Source: Promethearchaeota archaeon (GTDB lineage: Archaea; Asgardarchaeota; Lokiarchaeia; Sigyniarchaeales; SOKP01). Taken from it: DNA of 23,098 bases. The notes beneath the pieces are model-generated. The model was not told where the DNA came from, did not search any database, and saw only the letters and a list, made by a program, of their open reading frames with translations. The stretch is taken from contig SDNY01000052.1 in the NCBI GenBank assembly GCA_004524535.1, positions 1-23,098 of the forward strand, read 5' to 3'. How positions within the stretch are numbered: the stretch's first letter is position 1; each line of letters begins with the position of its first letter. The position numbers and the translations under genes were made by a program. This document shows, piece by piece, positions 1 through 9,513 of the stretch.

Positions 1-75
1 AAAGAAAGAATTTAATATATTTTTTTTAATTTATAATCATTAATTTAAAAAAACTAAATCTATATTCTAAAAATA

Positions 76-1575
76 ATGGATATAACTCCTAAATTAATTT
101 ATAAAAGTTATAACAACAAAGAGCTAAACAAATCCTCTGCTATTGAACAATTAATATCATTGTTGAATTCCGATAACATTAATACAAGGTTAGAAAGCAT
201 AAAAATTTTTGGAGTTATTGATGCTCAAACTAATGAGGTTTTCAAGCTTCTAGAGAATTTATTAATCTCAGATTCAGAACCCCTAATTAGACAGCTTGCA
301 GCTGTAACTTTAAAAAATCTTTTTAAAGAAAAAGCGCTATCTCCAATGTTGTGGGCTTATCAACATGAGACTTCATTGAATTGTTTAACTACGATTATAT
401 CAATTTTGGGCGAAATAAATAACCAGAAATCTAAAACTTTCTTAATTGAAAAATTAAATAAAATCAATCATCCCATATTTGTAAGCGGTTTAAAGAACAT
501 CTTTAAAAATAAAAATATTGAAAGTTTGTCGGGCTTAGAACTCGCAGAAATAATTAATAATTATATTATAATTGATTATTTTGAAAAAAAATTCATAAGG
601 ATTAACTTCGCAGCAGAAAATGCTTTAGTGACCGAATTAGACTTGTCTTGTGTAAGTAGTAATATTTTTGGATGGAATATATTAAAAACTTTACCTGAGT
701 TTATAGCAGTTTTAAAATCGCTTAAAAAACTGGATTTAAAAATAAATAGGATTTTAAAGGTTCCCTCATCTATAGGATCTCTTTCCTCACTTGAATATTT
801 GGATTTAAGTAACAATATAATTAAAAAACTCCCTGAATCGATTGGAAACCTGAAATCACTAGAATCCTTATATTTAAGATATAATAATTTAAAAGAACTT
901 CCAAATTCGATTGGTTTGCTCAAGTCTTTAAAAATCTTAGACCTACGGCATAATAAATTAATAATCCTCCCCACTTCAATTAAAAATTTATCTTCGCTTG
1001 AAGTTTTGGATTTGCACGGAAATCAATTAAATGAACTTCCAGAATCTTTAAAAGCATTAAATTCACTAAAGCAGCTTGAAATAGGAGTTAATAATTTAAA
1101 AAACTTTCCAGAATGGATAAAAGGGCTTTCTAATCTAGAAAAATTAGGTTTAGGAGGAAATAAATTCTTAAACTCTCTTCCTGAATGGTTAGAATCTCTT
1201 CATTCATTAAAAGAATTACACCTATACGATACAAATTTAAAGGAACTCCCTGATTCTATTGGATTGTTATCTTCCTTAGAAGACCTAACTTTGAGAAATA
1301 ACCACCTCTCGACTTTGCCGAGTAAATTTAGAAATCTAACAAGTCTTAAAAAACTAAATTTAAGTTGGAATAATTTTACACATATCCCAGAATGGATAAG
1401 TTCGCTATCTTCATTAGAAGAATTAAATTTATGGGGCAACTGGATTGAAAATCTGCCAGATTCTATGGGATCCCTCTCTTCCCTCAAAATTTTAAATTTA
1501 ACATATAATAAATTAAAAAAGATTCCCGAAACGTTAGAAGAATTAGAGCATAATGGATTAACGATATATAAATAA
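76..1575 (+). CDS. HEAT-like N-terminal domain + ~12 leucine-rich repeats (23-aa, SHOC2-like type)
   Basis: Helical N-terminus with HEAT-like segments (LENLLISDSEPLIRQLAAVTL). About 12 repeats of LxxLxxLxLxxNxLxxLPxxIGx from about aa 213. No signal peptide or TM helix seen. Confidence 0.9.
   Translation: MDITPKLIYKSYNNKELNKSSAIEQLISLLNSDNINTRLESIKIFGVIDAQTNEVFKLLENLLISDSEPLIRQLAAVTLKNLFKEKALSPMLWAYQHETSLNCLTTIISILGEINNQKSKTFLIEKLNKINHPIFVSGLKNIFKNKNIESLSGLELAEIINNYIIIDYFEKKFIRINFAAENALVTELDLSCVSSNIFGWNILKTLPEFIAVLKSLKKLDLKINRILKVPSSIGSLSSLEYLDLSNNIIKKLPESIGNLKSLESLYLRYNNLKELPNSIGLLKSLKILDLRHNKLIILPTSIKNLSSLEVLDLHGNQLNELPESLKALNSLKQLEIGVNNLKNFPEWIKGLSNLEKLGLGGNKFLNSLPEWLESLHSLKELHLYDTNLKELPDSIGLLSSLEDLTLRNNHLSTLPSKFRNLTSLKKLNLSWNNFTHIPEWISSLSSLEELNLWGNWIENLPDSMGSLSSLKILNLTYNKLKKIPETLEELEHNGLTIYK
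172..203 (+). repeat. 32-nt exact direct repeat shared with 1702..1733
   Basis: GATAACATTAATACAAGGTTAGAAAGCATAAA occurs at the equivalent position in both LRR paralogues. Confidence 0.9.
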
Positions 1576-1602
1576 AAACTTATCAAAACATTTAAAATAA
1601 TT

Positions 1603-2943
1603 ATGGAACTAACACCTGAAAAAATTTACAGAAATTATAGCAATAAAACCCTAGATAAAATCTCGGCAGTTGAAAATTTGATCTCAATCGTCGAAAATTC
1701 TGATAACATTAATACAAGGTTAGAAAGCATAAATATTTTGAGAGAAATTGGTGCTAAAACTAATCAAGTCTTTAAATTTTTAGAAAATTTATTATTATCT
1801 GATTCTCACGAGAAAATAAGACAGTTAGCAGCTGAAACTATGAAGAATCTTTTCATAGAAAAAGCTTTAGAACCAATGAAATGGGCTCTTCAGCACGAGG
1901 ATTCTCCTTATTGTCTAAATACAATATATTATACATTAATTAATATCGCATCGAATATATTGGCAGAAAACGCATTACTAGATGAAATAAAAAAAATTAA
2001 TGAAAAAGAATTTAAAATTGGTTTTGAAATATTATGTGAAAATAAGCCTATTAATAGATTTACCAAAAAAGAATTAGCTGATATACTAATTAATTATTTT
2101 ACGATATTATTTTTAAAGAAAATCTATTGGAGATTAAAATTTAAAATTGAAAAATGCAAAATAGTTGAATTAAATTTTATATTTAAAGGACTAACTAATA
2201 TACCTGAAGCGATAAAAAATCTATCATCGTTAGAATCATTGATTTTAAGATATAATCAGATTTTAAGCATACCTGATTGGATTGGCTCTCTATCATCCCT
2301 TAAAAGCCTCAATTTAAATATTAATAATATTAAGAGTTTACCTGAATCCATAGGTTCGCTTTCTTCTTTAAAAGAATTATCCTTATGGAAGAACGAATTA
2401 ATTTTTCTTCCTGAATCAATGGGTTCTCTTTCTTCTTTAGAAATATTGAATTTGAGATTAAATCAGTTAGAATCTCTTCCAGAAGTTATTGGCAACCTAA
2501 CTTCCCTTAAGGAGTTAAATTTACACGATAATAAATTATCTGCAATCCCATATTCAATTGGTTCCCTCTCTTCATTAGAAAAACTTAATTTAAGTTGGAA
2601 CGAATTGAAAACTATTCCTGAATCTATCGGTTCATTATCATTACTTAAAGAATTAAATTTAGGAAGAAATGAGTTGGAAAAGATTCCAGACTCATTAGAC
2701 TCTCTAACCTCTTTAAGATTATTAGATCTTAGTGAGAATAAATTAATTAATATCCCTGAAACGATAGGCTCTCTTTCCTCACTTGAAATTCTTAATTTAT
2801 CTAGAAATGAATTAATATATCTTCCAGAATCTTTAAAGGGACTTACATCATTAAAAGAATTATATTTAGGAGATAATCGTTTTAAAGATTATCCAAAAGC
2901 TCTAAGGATATTAGAAGAGAATAATGTAAATATCTATTATTAG
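1603..2943 (+). CDS. HEAT-like N-terminal domain + ~10 leucine-rich repeats; tandem paralogue of 76..1575
   Basis: Same N-terminus (MELTPEKIY...NSDNINTRLESI...LENLLLSDSHEKIRQLAA), followed by 10 regular 23-aa LRRs. Starts 27 nt after the previous stop. Confidence 0.9.
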   Translation: MELTPEKIYRNYSNKTLDKISAVENLISIVENSDNINTRLESINILREIGAKTNQVFKFLENLLLSDSHEKIRQLAAETMKNLFIEKALEPMKWALQHEDSPYCLNTIYYTLINIASNILAENALLDEIKKINEKEFKIGFEILCENKPINRFTKKELADILINYFTILFLKKIYWRLKFKIEKCKIVELNFIFKGLTNIPEAIKNLSSLESLILRYNQILSIPDWIGSLSSLKSLNLNINNIKSLPESIGSLSSLKELSLWKNELIFLPESMGSLSSLEILNLRLNQLESLPEVIGNLTSLKELNLHDNKLSAIPYSIGSLSSLEKLNLSWNELKTIPESIGSLSLLKELNLGRNELEKIPDSLDSLTSLRLLDLSENKLINIPETIGSLSSLEILNLSRNELIYLPESLKGLTSLKELYLGDNRFKDYPKALRILEENNVNIYY

Positions 2944-2944
2944 A

Positions 2945-4702
2945 TTATTGCGTTTCGTATAATTCTTTAATTTCTCGAATGGTCGTAACATCTCTCGGTC
3001 CTTTTTCGGGTCTTAATCGTTGAAATACAGGAAATCTCATTGAATAACCTAAGGAAGAAAATTTTTCACTTACAGTGATTTCATCTCCAATAATTTCTAT
3101 CACGACTTCTGGTTTAAACCATACATTAGGATTTTCATTACATATGACGTAATTAGGCTTTTTTTTAACCTCGTATTGTTTCATATCTTTTGTTAAAGAC
3201 TCGGATAATTCATCAGTTAGACCTGAGAAGAATCTAGTAAACGCAATAAAAACATCATTCTCCGGGTCATATACAGCTCCAATATATGTCCCAAAAACTC
3301 CTGTCCTGCGACCTTTACCATAGAGTGCGCCTATAATAACAACATCCACAGAATCTTTTAATTTTCCTCCTTCTAATCCTTTTAATTTAATCCATATAAA
3401 ACCTCGATTTCCTGCTTGATATACTGAATTCTCTTTAATCGATTTTGCCATGATTCCTTCAGTTCCTTCCTTTCTAGCTTTATTAAAAAAGTCCAGGAGC
3501 TCTTCGGTTGAATTAATAGTTATTGATTTAACTAACCTGAGATCATCTCTTTCTACTAATATTTCTTCAAGTTTTTTACGTCGCTCTAAAAAGGATTTAT
3601 CAATATATGATTCTTCCTCATACTTTAATAAATCAAAAAGAAAAACACAAACGGGAACCTCCTTAGCGATGTTTTCAATGTCATGGATGCGTCTTCTTTT
3701 ACTTAGAACTTGAAATGGACGCATTTTTTCATAAAAAGGATCCATCGCAACAACTTCACCTTCTATAATAACGTTATTACACATAATATTTTCTCTTATT
3801 GTTTCACAGACATCAGGATACTGCTCAGAAATATCCAATAATCTTCTTGAGAATAATTGTATCTTATCATTTTGTTTATGAATTTGAAGGCGCTCCCCAT
3901 CAAGTTTATGTTCTGCTGTAAATGGGGCTCCTAATTTAGTTATGATTTCTGAATATGGAACTCGTGAGGCTAGCATCATTCTTATAGGAGTTCCATAAGA
4001 TATTTCAATTTTATTTACCTCATCAATGCCTTCTTCAGCCAAAATTAGTGTGACATCTCCTAAATCGGGATGTAAATTAAACGCTCGTTCTATAATCTCC
4101 CTATTTTCTTTAGAACCTGTAAAACCAATAGCCAAACCGTCGATAATTGTTTGAGTTGATACCCCAACCCTAAGGGTTGAAGTGATTATCCTTAACAAAT
4201 ACTTATTTTCCAAAGGTGAAAATTTACCCATAAGCCCTCTTAATATTCCTAACTTTATGTCATGAGAACCAGATCCTTCAGTTTTAGCAATTTTTATTAA
4301 TTCTGAATATAAATCTGTAATTTCCAGTGAAGGATATTCAATAGGACCACTCTTTCCAAAATCAATGAGAGATGTTTGTTGCTTTTTTTTTGACAAAATC
4401 AATTCTGCTGCAGCGCCGACATCGCCTTTCTTAATTAAAACCTCTTTAATCTTGTTTTTATTTATACCTGAGTGGACCGAGAGAGCCTCAATTAACATCT
4501 TTTCTGCAATACCCATTTTCGGGAATTGTTTAATATTTGACACTAATTGACCTTGTAGAAGATAAATAATTTTATCTAAATCGTCGTAATATTTATTCTT
4601 CTTGATTTTTTTAAAGAAATTTGATAAAATATCAATCATTTCTAACCTTTTTGTTGTGCTCTCTAGCTGAGAAAATAAATGTGCCAATTTACTGAATTTC
4701 AT
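2945..4702 (-). CDS. lig: ATP-dependent DNA ligase (archaeal/eukaryotic ligase I type)
   Basis: Motif I EHKLDGER (adenylated Lys), IIEGEVVA, FLFDLL, EGIMAK, WIKLK and motif VI RFPVFQRLRPEK, plus an N-terminal DNA-binding domain. Confidence 0.97.
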   Translation of the reverse strand: MKFSKLAHLFSQLESTTKRLEMIDILSNFFKKIKKNKYYDDLDKIIYLLQGQLVSNIKQFPKMGIAEKMLIEALSVHSGINKNKIKEVLIKKGDVGAAAELILSKKKQQTSLIDFGKSGPIEYPSLEITDLYSELIKIAKTEGSGSHDIKLGILRGLMGKFSPLENKYLLRIITSTLRVGVSTQTIIDGLAIGFTGSKENREIIERAFNLHPDLGDVTLILAEEGIDEVNKIEISYGTPIRMMLASRVPYSEIITKLGAPFTAEHKLDGERLQIHKQNDKIQLFSRRLLDISEQYPDVCETIRENIMCNNVIIEGEVVAMDPFYEKMRPFQVLSKRRRIHDIENIAKEVPVCVFLFDLLKYEEESYIDKSFLERRKKLEEILVERDDLRLVKSITINSTEELLDFFNKARKEGTEGIMAKSIKENSVYQAGNRGFIWIKLKGLEGGKLKDSVDVVIIGALYGKGRRTGVFGTYIGAVYDPENDVFIAFTRFFSGLTDELSESLTKDMKQYEVKKKPNYVICNENPNVWFKPEVVIEIIGDEITVSEKFSSLGYSMRFPVFQRLRPEKGPRDVTTIREIKELYETQ

Positions 4703-4846
4703 AAATTAATCCTAATAAAAATGTGAATATTGATAGTTACATATTTTAATAATGATTTAACTTATTAAACTTTTAAAATCGTTTTTTAGAAATATATTAC
4801 AAATCTTAATAAACTAATATAAATGTCTAATAAAGTATTTTTCAAG

Positions 4847-4866
4847 AAAAAAAGAAAAAAATAAAA
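4847..4866 (-). terminator. Putative oligo(T) terminator of the gelsolin-like gene
   Basis: T-rich run on the minus strand immediately after the stop codon. The AT-rich background weakens this call. Confidence 0.35.
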
Positions 4867-5676
4867 TTATAATAATTTTGCTAACTCAGCATATTTCTTT
4901 TGAATTTCAGTCTTAATATTTGAACTTATTCCAGAAAAAGAATTTGTTGAAAATTTTATTGAACTTTCTTTAATCGAAAACTGACAGACAGGTCCATCCA
5001 TCATTTCTATACTGTATGAACCATCTTTTTTCTTACTAACCCATATATCATCGTAATGGTCTAATATTGCCTTTAATACAAAAGAAATCCTTGCTTCTTC
5101 AACGGGGCTCTCTCCAACTGCTTCAGGAGCTGCTTCGGCTTTCGCTTCTTTTGGCGCGGATGAAGGTTCCAATTTGACTACGGGGGCAGCTAATTTTGAG
5201 CTCTCTGCCTTAACTGTTGGTGTAGGTAATTTTGAACTCTCTGTTTTAACTGCTGGTTTAGGAATAGGTTCTGATGGGACTACTCTAATATCCGCTTCGA
5301 TTGTAGAAAAGCTAATAACGAAATTATCTAATTCCTTCACTTTCTTAGCTAATACTGCTTGAAATTCTTTATTAATATTGTCAGTATTGGGTTCTCTTCC
5401 AATTTTTCGTTGGTCTATTTCTAATATCTCCTTAATATCGCGCCCAATAATGCTTTTTCCAACGGTATATCCATGTCCTTTAAGTGATTCAGCTTGTCTT
5501 AAAGCTGTTCTCCGTGCTACTAATCCTTGTTTACTCCCATGCCATAACCAAATTCTTTGATTAGATTCATCAAGAACTATAATTGATTTATCATCAGTAA
5601 GGTTCTCTGGTTTCCATGGAATAGGATCAGACACACCTCCTTCTTTTACATGAAACATTAGGCCAAATCCAGCCAT
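4867..5676 (-). CDS. Single gelsolin-like domain protein with Pro/Ala/Lys-rich linker and small C-terminal domain
   Basis: NLTDDKSIIVLDESNQRIWLWHGSKQGLVARRTALRQAESL fits the gelsolin-repeat pattern (hhhLD...IxxWxG...RxxAxxxAxxL). SD-like AGGAGA lies upstream of the ATG. Confidence 0.65.
   Translation of the reverse strand: MAGFGLMFHVKEGGVSDPIPWKPENLTDDKSIIVLDESNQRIWLWHGSKQGLVARRTALRQAESLKGHGYTVGKSIIGRDIKEILEIDQRKIGREPNTDNINKEFQAVLAKKVKELDNFVISFSTIEADIRVVPSEPIPKPAVKTESSKLPTPTVKAESSKLAAPVVKLEPSSAPKEAKAEAAPEAVGESPVEEARISFVLKAILDHYDDIWVSKKKDGSYSIEMMDGPVCQFSIKESSIKFSTNSFSGISSNIKTEIQKKYAELAKLL
5191..5262 (-). repeat. 2 x 36-nt tandem repeat (12 aa) in the linker of the gelsolin-like gene
   Basis: Units 5191-5226 and 5227-5262 match at 31/36 nt and encode PTPTVKAESSKL and PKPAVKTESSKL. 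A third degenerate copy (AAPVVKLEPSSA) follows in the protein. Confidence 0.85.
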
Positions 5677-5857
5677 TTTGTAATTCTCCTCTTTTTACTC
5701 AAATTCTTTTAATTTTTAGAAATATCTTATATTTATAAAAATAAAATAGTTTTAATCAATTTAAAAATTAAGTTTTTACCAAATTTTAACAAAAATATTA
5801 TTAATTCAATCTTAAATGTTTAATTGAAACTTAAATATTACAATAATCCTAATTATA

Positions 5858-5900
5858 TTAATACTGCAAATCAAAAATTTCATAATCTTTGCATTATTAA
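5858..5900. promoter_or_regulatory. Inverted repeat upstream of hisG (possible operator or hairpin)
   Basis: TTAATACTGCAAA-N17-TTTGCATTATTAA, 12/13 complementary, ending 51 nt before the hisG ATG. Confidence 0.3.
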
Positions 5901-5951
5901 ATTATTTTGTTATAACGTTAAATGCGATTAATTGATGTGATGTGATTTTAA

Positions 5952-6935
5952 ATGAATGACAATATTTTGAAGCTCACAATACCTAAAGGTAGTTTACAGG
6001 CAGTAGTCACTTCTTTCTTTGAGAGAGCCGGGCTTAAATTAAACTTTGCCTCAAGTCGAGATTATCGTCCTTCTATAGACGATCCAGAGGTCTATATAAA
6101 ATTATTGAGACCTCAAGAAATTCCAACTTATTTAATTGGGGAAGATGAGTTTGATTTAGGTATTTCAGGTATAGATTGGGTAAAAGAGACAAATGCCGAT
6201 GTTGAGGTTATTTTAAATCTTGAAATTGGAACGGTAAGGATTGTATTCTGCGTTCCTACCACTTGGGATAATATTAATTCACTTGATGATGTTCTTAAAA
6301 AATTTAATGACGATAATAAGGTTTTAAGAATTTCAACTGAGTACCTTACACTTTCATTGGATTATATAAAAAAAAATAAAACATATATAAAATTATACGG
6401 TGAAAAAGCTCCATTAGTAATTACACCATGGAAAACCTGGGGCGAAAATAAGAAGGTTAAAATATTCTTATCGTTTGGAGCAACTGAAGCAAAGCCCCCT
6501 GAGGAGGTAGACGCTATAATAGATAATACCGAAACGGGATCAACATTGAGGGCAAATAACTTAAAGATTGTTGAAGTTTTGGACACTTCTACTGCCGTTT
6601 TAATCGCTAACAAATACGCCTTAAAGGACGAATGGAAACAAGAGAAAATAAAAGATTTAAAAGTACTTTTAATGGGGGTAATAGAAGCATCCAAAAAGCT
6701 ACATATTTTTATGAATGTCCACGAAGATAATATAAATGATATTTTAGAAAAGTTACCCGCATTGAAACGTCCTACAATTTCCAAATTAGCTGGTGAGAAT
6801 GCTGAAGGGTGGTATGCTATAAATACAATAATAAAAAAAGAAGAGTTCTTAAGTTTAATTCCAATTTTAAGAAAATATGCCCAAGGATTAGTCGTCCACG
6901 AACCTCGGCAAATACTCCCATTTGAAAAAATTTAA
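5952..6935 (+). CDS. hisG: ATP phosphoribosyltransferase, long form
   Basis: IPKGSL, LRPQEIP, DLGISGIDW, GATE, DAIIDNTETGSTLRANNL, and a C-terminal regulatory domain (LPALKRPTIS). Confidence 0.96.
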   Translation: MNDNILKLTIPKGSLQAVVTSFFERAGLKLNFASSRDYRPSIDDPEVYIKLLRPQEIPTYLIGEDEFDLGISGIDWVKETNADVEVILNLEIGTVRIVFCVPTTWDNINSLDDVLKKFNDDNKVLRISTEYLTLSLDYIKKNKTYIKLYGEKAPLVITPWKTWGENKKVKIFLSFGATEAKPPEEVDAIIDNTETGSTLRANNLKIVEVLDTSTAVLIANKYALKDEWKQEKIKDLKVLLMGVIEASKKLHIFMNVHEDNINDILEKLPALKRPTISKLAGENAEGWYAINTIIKKEEFLSLIPILRKYAQGLVVHEPRQILPFEKI

Positions 6936-6944
6936 AGAATTTAG

Positions 6945-8246
6945 ATGGTTCATTTGGTAAAAATTATTAATTCAGATGAAATTTTGGAAGAAAATATCTC
7001 CAATTATATCCCCAGAACAGCTAACAAACTAGATGAGATAAGAGACGATGTACTTGACATTATTAATGAAGTAAAACTAAGCGGAGATAAGGCAATCCTC
7101 AAATTTACAAAAGATTTTGATGGTGTAGAACTAACTCAAACTGAAATTCAAGTTACAGAAAAAGAAATAAACAATGCTTATGATCAAATCGATAAAAAAT
7201 TATTAAACGCTCTAAAATATGCAAAGAAAAATTTAATTAAATTTCATCAAGCTCAAAAGAGAGAAGATTGGTCAATCGAGATAGAGAAGGGAGTAAATGC
7301 TGGTCAGATATATCGCCCTTTAGAATCTGTTGGTATCTATATACCTGGTGGAAGAGCTATTTATCCAAGTACCGTTTTAATGGCTATTACTCCCGCTTAT
7401 GTTGTGGGAGTAAAGAATATCATTATTTGTTCACCCCCCCAAAAAGATAAAAAAATAGCTCCAGAAATTCTTGTAGCAGCAAAAGAATTTGAAATTAATA
7501 AAATCTATAAAGTAGGGGGCGCTCAAGCAATAGCCGCAATGGCTTTTGGTACTGAAATAATTCCTAAAGTACAAAAAATTATTGGTCCCGGGAATAAATG
7601 GGTAAATGTTGCTAAACAATTATTATCCACTATTGTAGCAATTGATACTCCCGCAGGACCTTCAGAGATTTTAATCATTGCGGATAATTCTAGTGATTTT
7701 AAATTAGTAATATTAGACTTTCTATCTCAAATCGAGCACGACCCTGAAAATATAGGAATTTTGGTTTCAGAATCTTCTGAATTAATTGAAAATGTTAAAA
7801 AAAACATAGATGCTTATGTGGAGAAATCTGAGAAAAAAAATATTATTAAAGAAGCTTTAAATAGCAATTCTCTAATAATTAAGGCAAAAAATATCGACGA
7901 TTGTATAAGAATAAGTAATTTAATTGCACCTGAACATCTTGAAATCTTAACTAAGAATCCTAAAGACTTGTTGAAAAAAATAAAAAATGCAGGAGCTATT
8001 TTTTTAGGTTCTAATTCTCCAGTTCCATTAGGAGATTATAGTGCAGGGACAAATCATATTTTACCTACTGGAGGGAACGCAAAAATGTATTCTGGATTAA
8101 ATATTTATACCTTTTTAAAGATTATGGACGTTTTAGAATGTGATAAAGAGGGTTTAAGATTATTAAGTAGCTCTGCCTCAACTATAGCTGAATTTGAAGG
8201 CCTATTTGCCCATAAAAAATCTATTGAAGAAAGATTAAAAGAATAA
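6945..8246 (+). CDS. hisD: Histidinol dehydrogenase
   Basis: VGIYIPGG, GGAQAIAAMAFGT, GPGNKWV, PAGPSE, SQIEHD, APEHL, GDYSAGTNHILPT, EGLFAH. Confidence 0.97.
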   Translation: MVHLVKIINSDEILEENISNYIPRTANKLDEIRDDVLDIINEVKLSGDKAILKFTKDFDGVELTQTEIQVTEKEINNAYDQIDKKLLNALKYAKKNLIKFHQAQKREDWSIEIEKGVNAGQIYRPLESVGIYIPGGRAIYPSTVLMAITPAYVVGVKNIIICSPPQKDKKIAPEILVAAKEFEINKIYKVGGAQAIAAMAFGTEIIPKVQKIIGPGNKWVNVAKQLLSTIVAIDTPAGPSEILIIADNSSDFKLVILDFLSQIEHDPENIGILVSESSELIENVKKNIDAYVEKSEKKNIIKEALNSNSLIIKAKNIDDCIRISNLIAPEHLEILTKNPKDLLKKIKNAGAIFLGSNSPVPLGDYSAGTNHILPTGGNAKMYSGLNIYTFLKIMDVLECDKEGLRLLSSSASTIAEFEGLFAHKKSIEERLKE

Positions 8247-8332
8247 AATTAATTTATATTAAGTATATAAATAATAATAAAATTATATAGAAATTTAGTT
8301 ATATTAATCCATTTTAAAATTAGGTAATATGT

Positions 8333-9421
8333 ATGGATCTTAGTGAACTTTTAAGAGAGGTACTTAAGAATTTCTCTCCTTATCAACCTGGAGAGCAACC
8401 AATTGGAGATGGCTGGATCAAGTTAAATACTAACGAGAATGCCTACCCTCCAATTCCAGAAGTAATAGAAGAAATAAAAAATTCTATTAATGATAAACTT
8501 AGATTATATCCTGATCCTTTGGCGCTTGAAGTCCGTAAAGCAGTACTGAATCAACTATTAAGAGATGAAGACACTCTAACTAATCGAAACAACGTTTTTA
8601 TTGGAAATGGTGCGGACGAAATTATAGAGGTAATTTTTAAAGTTTTTGTTGATCCTGGTAATGAGGTAGTATTTTTTTACCCCTCTTACGGAATGTATAA
8701 GGTGCTTGCGACTCTTTATAATGCAAAGATCAATGAAATTAACTTAAATGATGATTTTTCCATACCTGATACTGCTTTTTCAGCAAAGGGTAAATTATTG
8801 TTTATTAACTCACCTAATAATCCAAATGGAAAATCAATTGGGAATGCAACAATTTTAAAATTATGCAGTAATTTTCCTGGAATTGTCGTTGTTGATGAAG
8901 CTTATGCTGATTTCTCAGAACAAACTAGTTTATCTCTACTAAAAAAAGTAAAAAATTTAATCGTGGTACGAACCTTGTCTAAAGGTTTCTCTTTAGCCTC
9001 ATTACGAGCTGGATTTGCTTTAGCAGACGCCAGTATAATTAAAGAAATGAACAACGTGAAATTACCATTCAATACAACTTATATAACTCAAATTGCCGCT
9101 TTGGCTTGTATAAAAAATAGAGTAAAAATTTTCGAACAAAACAAGAAAATAATTGAAGAGAGAAATAGATTAACGCAAGAATTAAATTCTTTTGAGGGAG
9201 TTTCCGTGTTACCCTCAGATGCTAATTTTATTCTTGTCAAATTTAATGACAAATCCAAAGCATTGAAGTTTTTATGGGATTTTAAAGATAAGCATAAAAT
9301 ATTAGTAAGACATTTTAGTAAACCAAGACTTTATCCATATATAAGAATCACTATAGGAACAGAAGAGCAGAACAATAAACTATTAGACGTTTTTAAATTA
9401 CTTGCTGTTAAATATCTCTAA
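8333..9421 (+). CDS. hisC: Histidinol-phosphate aminotransferase
   Basis: KLNTNEN, YPDP, GNGADE, SPNNPNG, VVDEAY, and PLP-lysine motif RTLSKGFSLASLRAG. Follows hisD. Confidence 0.95.
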   Translation: MDLSELLREVLKNFSPYQPGEQPIGDGWIKLNTNENAYPPIPEVIEEIKNSINDKLRLYPDPLALEVRKAVLNQLLRDEDTLTNRNNVFIGNGADEIIEVIFKVFVDPGNEVVFFYPSYGMYKVLATLYNAKINEINLNDDFSIPDTAFSAKGKLLFINSPNNPNGKSIGNATILKLCSNFPGIVVVDEAYADFSEQTSLSLLKKVKNLIVVRTLSKGFSLASLRAGFALADASIIKEMNNVKLPFNTTYITQIAALACIKNRVKIFEQNKKIIEERNRLTQELNSFEGVSVLPSDANFILVKFNDKSKALKFLWDFKDKHKILVRHFSKPRLYPYIRITIGTEEQNNKLLDVFKLLAVKYL

Positions 9422-9513
9422 AAATTATATCAATAAATTTAAGAGATTAATTTTTCCTTTATAAATATATAAAAGAAAAAATTAGAAAAAAACAAAAAAA
9501 AAGTTGGTAAATT

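Noticed and set aside
576-1586. Antisense ORFs 576..974 and 1200..1586
   Set aside because: Shadows of the repetitive LRR gene with no independent motifs.
3450-7619. Short nested or antisense ORFs in lig, the gelsolin-like gene, hisG and hisD
   Set aside because: Fully overlap well-supported genes and have no recognisable features.
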